A stretch of DNA of 56,541 nt, taken from NCBI GenBank assembly GCA_013265495.1, contig MU058289.1, forward strand, positions 1,240,001-1,296,541. The letters are read 5' to 3'. The notes beneath the pieces are model-generated. The model saw only the letters and a list, made by a program, of their open reading frames with translations. It was not told where the DNA came from and made no database searches. Of this stretch, positions 51,270-56,541 are shown piece by piece (positions within the stretch are counted from its first letter, which is position 1; every line of letters starts with the position of its first letter). The position numbers were made by a program, and so were the translations under genes. Origin of the DNA: Vicugna vicugna. Lineage: Eukaryota.

Positions 51270-54200
51270 GATCCCAGAGAACAACAGAGACCATTATCAG
51301 CACCCTCATGGCGGGGCCAGCCAGCTATGGCAGACTTTATCAGCACACTTTATGGCAGGGGACGGGGGGGAGGGTGGGAAGGAGGACACAGAAACACACA
51401 TTGGCTGGGTGCTGAGTCTCAGATGGACAGGCTCTGGGCAATACTACTCAGCATTTCATTTCCCAGTGGGAGCACTCTGGCTCCACCCACTCCATACTGA
51501 GCTTGGAGCTGGATTGGGGCAAATAGGTCCCTGGACAGGTCTGCCACAGAGGCAGCCCAGGTCCCAGGAGGCAGCACAGCCACCTCAATTCCTGCAATTA
51601 CATCGCCCCAGCCCCCAGCCCCAGGCTACTCCACTCCACAGCCTAGTGGTAGAGAACGCAACGACTGACATGACCGCATCCATACCAAAACCAGCCCTCG
51701 CACCAAACACATTGGACTTACAGAGTCTACACGGGGATGCTCCCGCATAAAAACATCCCTTCAAGACCACAGTAGATAAATGTTTCTCCTAAATTCAGAG
51801 AGACAGAGAAAGGTAAGCAAAATGAAAAGGCAGAGGAAATATTCCCAATTAAAAGAACAAGAGAAAGCCCCTGAGAGAATAAGGAATGAAATAGATCTCT
51901 CCAATCTACTACACCCCAAGTTCAAAAATGAGGTAATAAAAATGCTAACTGAATTAAGAAAGATTATAGATAGAAATGCAGATGACTGTAACAAGAAATT
52001 GAAACTATAAAGATGAATCCATCAAAAATAAACAACTTACCTGCTGAGATAATCAAGAAGCAATGACTAGCAGAGTAAATGACACAGAAGAACAAGTAAG
52101 TGATCTGGAAGATAAAATAATGGAAATCACCCAATCAAAACAGCAGCCAGAAGATTTAAAAAATGAAAGTAAAATACAGGATCTATGTCATAATAGGAAG
52201 TGTGTTAACTTATGCATAAGAGGGGTTCCAGGGGGGAAAGGATAGCTCAGGGGTAGAGTTCATGCTTGGCATCCATGAGGTCCTAGGTTCAATCCCCAGT
52301 ACCTCCACTAAAAAAAACAAATAAATAAACCTAATTACCTCCCCCAACCCAAAAAGAAAGAAAGAAAAAAAAATTTTTAATAATAAGGGTTCCAGAAGCA
52401 GAAGAAAGAAAAAAGGGGATTGAAATGTATTTGAAGAAATTATGGCTGAAAACTTCCCAAAACCTAAAGAAGGAAATAGATATGCAGTCATAGGAAGCAC
52501 AGAGGGTTTCAAACAAGATGAACCCAGACAGCCCCACACCAAGATATATAATAATCAAAATGGTGAAAGTGAAAGATAAAGAGAAGATCCTAAAGGCAGC
52601 AAGAGAAAAACAAAGAGTCAGTTACAAAGGAACCTCCGTAAGGCTATCAGCTGATTTCTCTGCAAAACACTGCAGGCCAGAAGGGAGTGGCATGATATAT
52701 TCAAAGCCCTGAAAGGGAAAAACATGCAACCTAGGCTACTCTATCCAGCAGATTATCATTTAGAATAAAAGGAGAAAGAATTTCTCAGAGAAGCAAAAAC
52801 TAGAGAACTCAGCAATACTTAACTTATGCTAGAAGAAATAACTAAGGGTCATCTCTAAATAGAAAAGAAGCTAAAATATATGGGAAAGGGAAAATTCCAA
52901 TTGGAAAGGCAAATACATAAAAGGGCTGAATATCATTTAAATAAGCCAGTATATAGATGAAAAGCAATCAAAAATATTTTGTAAAAGCAATTATAACTAC
53001 AATTTACAGTAAAAGGTTAAGCATGAAGATGAAATTTAGAACACCAAAATAAAAATGTGGAAGATGGGAGTATAAAAATGTAAATCTTTTAAAGTGTATT
53101 TGAACTTCTATTACTATCAGTTTAAAGCAAGTAGGTACAATATGGGTCAATATACTTGAACTTCATGGTAACTAAAAATTAAAAACATCCCACAGAGTCA
53201 TAAAAATCGAAAAGGAAGGAACTCAGGCTTACTAGAAAAAAATCATCAAATCACAAATGGAAAAACAAAAAGAAGAAAGAGACAAAGAAGAACTACTTTT
53301 AAAAAACTGAAAAACAATCATTAAAATGATAATCAGTATATACCTATCAATAATTACTGTAAATGGCAGTGGATTAAATGCTCCAATCAAAAGACACTGG
53401 GTGGCAGATTGGTTATTTTTGTGGTATCAGGTGTATTCTTCTTTCATTTTTTTATTTTGTTTGTTTTGTTTATTTGGGTCCTCTCTGTCTTTTTTCTTGG
53501 TGAGCCTGGCTAGAGGTTTGTTGATTTTGCTCATCTTTTCAAAAAAACAGTTCTTGGTTTCATTGATCTTTTCTATTGTTTTTATGATCTCTAGTTTATT
53601 TATTTCCTCTCTTGTCTTTATTATTTCCTTTCTTCTGTTGACTTTGGGTTTTGTTTGTTCTTTTTCTAATTCTTTTAGGTGGTTGGCTAGGTGGTTTACT
53701 TGAGATTTTTCTTACTTCTTGAGGAAGGCTCGTATTGCTATGAACTTCCCTCTCAGAATGGCTTTTGCTGTATCCCATAGATTTTGTATTGGAAGTCTTA
53801 GCCATAGCAATCAGACAAAAACAAGAAATAAAAGGGATCCAAATTAGAAGGGAAGAGGCAAAACTGTCACTATTTGCAGATGACATGATACTCTACATGG
53901 AGAACTCTAAAGTCTTCACACAAAAACCATTAGAACCAATAAATGAATTCAGCAAGGTAGCAGGATAGAAGATCAATATACATAAACCTGTTCCATTTCT
54001 TTACACTAATAATGAAATATCAGAAAGAGAAAGTATAAAAATAATCTTCTTTAAAATTGTGACCTAGAAATAAACTTCACCAAGGACGTGAAAGACCTGT
54101 ACTATGAAAACTAAAACACTGATAAAGGAAATTAAAGATGATTCAAAGAAATGGAAAGATATCCTGACAAAAGCTAGTTGCATCAAAAAGAATAAAATAT

Positions 54201-55950
54201 CTAGGAATAAATCTATCTAAGGAGGTAAAAGAACTGTACCCAGAAAACTAAGACAATGATGAAAGACACTGAAGAGGACACAGATTGAAAGATATACCAT
54301 GTTCATGGGTTGGAAAAATTGATATTGTTAAAATGAGCATACTACCCAAGGCAATTTACAGAATCAATGCAATTCCTATCAAAATACCAGTGGTGTTTTT
54401 TTCACAGAACCAGTGGCATTTTTCATATATTTCTTTTCATAGAACAAATTATTTTAAAATTTGGATGGAAACACAAAAGACCACAAATAGCCAAAACAAT
54501 CTTGAGATAGAAGAACAAAGCTAGAAGTATTGTGCTCCCTGACTTCAGACTATACTACAAAGCTACAGTAAAACAAAAATAGACACACAGATTAATGGAT
54601 CAGCATAGAGAGCTCAGAAATAAATCCCATGCACTTATGGTCAATTGGTCTATGACAAAGGAGGCAAAAATATACAATGGAGAAGAGACAGTCTCTTCAG
54701 TAAGTGGTGGAAAAACTGGACAGCTACGTGTAAAAGAATAATGTTAGAACACTCTCTAACACCATACAGAAAAGCAAATTCAAAATGGAGTAAAGACCTA
54801 AATGTAAGACTGGAAACCATAAAACTCCTGGAAGAAATCATAGGCAGAATACTCTTTGACACAAATCATAGCAACATTTTTTTGGATCTGCTCTCCTAAA
54901 GCAAAGGAAAGGGACCTAATTAAACTTAAAAGCTTTTGCACAGCAAAGAAAACCATCAACAAAAGGAAACGACAACCTACTGAATGGGAGAAAATATTTG
55001 CAAATTACATGGCCAAGAAAAGGTCAATATCCAAAATATATAAATAGCTCATACAACTCAACATCAAAAAAAAAAAACAAACCTCAATTTAAAAATAGGC
55101 CGGAGAACTGAATAGACATTTTTCCAAAGAGGAAATGCAGATGGCCAACAGGCACATGAAAAGATACTTAACATCGCTAATTATTAGAGAAATGCAAATT
55201 AAAATCACAATAAGATATTACCTCTCACCTATTAGAATGGCTATCATCAATAAGAACACAAATAACAAATGTTGGCAAGGATGTGAAAATGTACATTGGT
55301 GCAGACACTGTGGGAAACAGTGTGGAGGAGTTTCCCATAAAATTAAAAATAGAACTACCATATAACCCAGAAATTCCACTCCTGGGTATATATCCAAAAA
55401 AACCAAACACTAATTCAAAAAAGACACATGCACCCCAATGTTCATAACAGCATTATTTACAATTGCCAAGTAATGGAAGCAAACCAAGTGTCCAACAGAT
55501 GAATGGATAAAAAGGTGTGGAATACTATTCAACCATAAAAAAGAATGAAGTTTTGCCACTTGCAACAACAGGGATGGACTTGGAGGGTATTATGCTAAGT
55601 GAAATAAGTCAGACAGAGAAAGACAAATACTGTATGATATCACTTTTATGTGGAATCAAAAAAATAAAATGAATGAATATAACAAAAACAGAAACAGACT
55701 CACAGATATAGAGAACAAACTAGTGGTTACTGGCAAGGAGAGGGAAAGGGCAGGGGCAAGATAGGGCTAGGGGATTCAGAGGTAAAAACTACTATGTATA
55801 AAATAAATAAGCTACAAGAATATATTGTACAACACAGGGAATAATAACTATGAATAGAGTATAACTTTTAAAAATTGTGAATCACTGTGTTGTTCACATG
55901 AAATTTATATAATATTGTACATCAACTATGCCTCAATAAAAAAGGTTTAA
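51270..55950 (+). mobile_element. Rearranged near-full-length LINE-1 (5'UTR, disabled ORF1, deleted/inverted ORF2, 3'UTR)
   Basis: ORF1 from ~51822 (MKRQRKYSQLKEQEK; PTPRYIIIKM..KILKAAREK); ORF2 start ~53326; inverted block 53418-53786; RT motif [11 protein letters not shown]; 3'UTR and A tail ~55935-55955. Confidence 0.85.
52232..52380 (+). mobile_element. tRNA-Ala-derived SINE (Vic-1 type) in L1 ORF1
   Basis: gatagctcaggggtagagttcatgcttggcatccatgaggtcctaggttcaatccccagtacctcc plus tail; flanking repeat gggttccag at 52223-52231 and 52387-52395. Confidence 0.85.
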
Positions 55951-55976
55951 AAAAAGAATAAGGTTTAAAAAGTTGA

Positions 55977-56076
55977 GGGGGTTGGGGGGTGTATAGCTCA
56001 GTGACAGAGCGCGTGCTTAGCAAGCATGAGGTCCTAGGTTCAGTCCCCAGTACCTCCATTAACAACAACAACAGCA
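55977..56076 (+). mobile_element. tRNA-Ala-derived SINE (Vic-1 type)
   Basis: gtatagctcagtgacagagcgcgtgcttagcaagcatgaggtcctaggttcagtccccagtacctcc followed by an (aac)n tail. Confidence 0.85.
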
Positions 56077-56175
56077 AAGGGTTGAAAGACTTGTACACTG
56101 AAAATCATAAAACATTGACGAAGTACGTTGTCAAACAACAATAAACGTTGGGTCAAAATGGAAAAAAAATTGGTG

Positions 56176-56541
56176 AAGTGTAATATCTTCATCTTGTATC
56201 ACTCCTTTAATCATTATAAAATGTCCTTCTTTATCTTTCTTTATGGCCTTTGTTTTAAAGTCTATTTTGTCTGAAATCAGTACTGCAACACCTGCTTTTT
56301 TGGCTTTTCCATTTGCATGGAATATCCTTTTCCATCCTTTCACTCTCAATCTATATGTGTCCTTCTCCCTAAAGTGGGTCTCTTGTAGGCAGCATATTGA
56401 AGGTTCTTGCTTTATTATCCAGTCTGCCACTCTATGTCTTTTGACTGGAGCATTTAGTCCATTAACATTTACAGTAATTAATGATAGATGTGTGTTTATT
56501 GCCATTTTGAACTTATCTTTGCAGTTGAATTGGTATATCCT
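56176..56541 (-). mobile_element. Young LINE-1 ORF2 endonuclease N-terminus (open frame, ~110 aa), abruptly truncated
   Basis: MAINTHLSLITVNVNGLNAPVKRHRVADWI..CCLQETH..KKAGVAVLISDKIDFK..DKEGHFIMIKG with no stops; L1 similarity ends at ~56176. Confidence 0.9.

Noticed and set aside
56131..56505. Stand-alone endonuclease gene
   Set aside because: It is the LINE-1 ORF2 N-terminus, not a host gene.

Overview
Mammalian genomic DNA, most likely camelid: four tRNA-Ala-derived Vic-1-type SINEs are present. Roughly half the window is nested LINE-1, LTR and SINE debris. The intact genes are a head-to-head secretoglobin pair, with starts about 3.85 kb apart, resembling the cat major allergen Fel d 1 and rodent ABP. 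The SCGB2B/chain-2-like gene lies on the minus strand (3 exons, 41111-39110, 115 aa) and the SCGB1B/chain-1-like gene on the plus strand (3 exons, 44963-46316, 92 aa). Both have a TATA box, GT-AG introns, AATAAA and all heterodimer cysteines. Two KRAB C2H2 zinc-finger pseudogenes lie upstream: a ZNF599/ZNF264-like terminal exon (+, 2665-3970) and a multi-exon KRAB-ZNF (-, ~30960-34213) that still has a CpG-island promoter. The most unusual structural signals are: an ERV LTR U3-R piece inserted by L1-type retroposition (poly-A plus 14-bp TSD) into the zinc-finger exon; a ~7 kb poly-A-tailed block splitting an old L1; a near-full-length L1 with an internal inversion; and several small templated or tandem duplications. 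I see no evidence for a wholly new biological system. The intact camelid Fel d 1-like heterodimer is the most biologically interesting element. Family names come from recalled sequences, not database searches.
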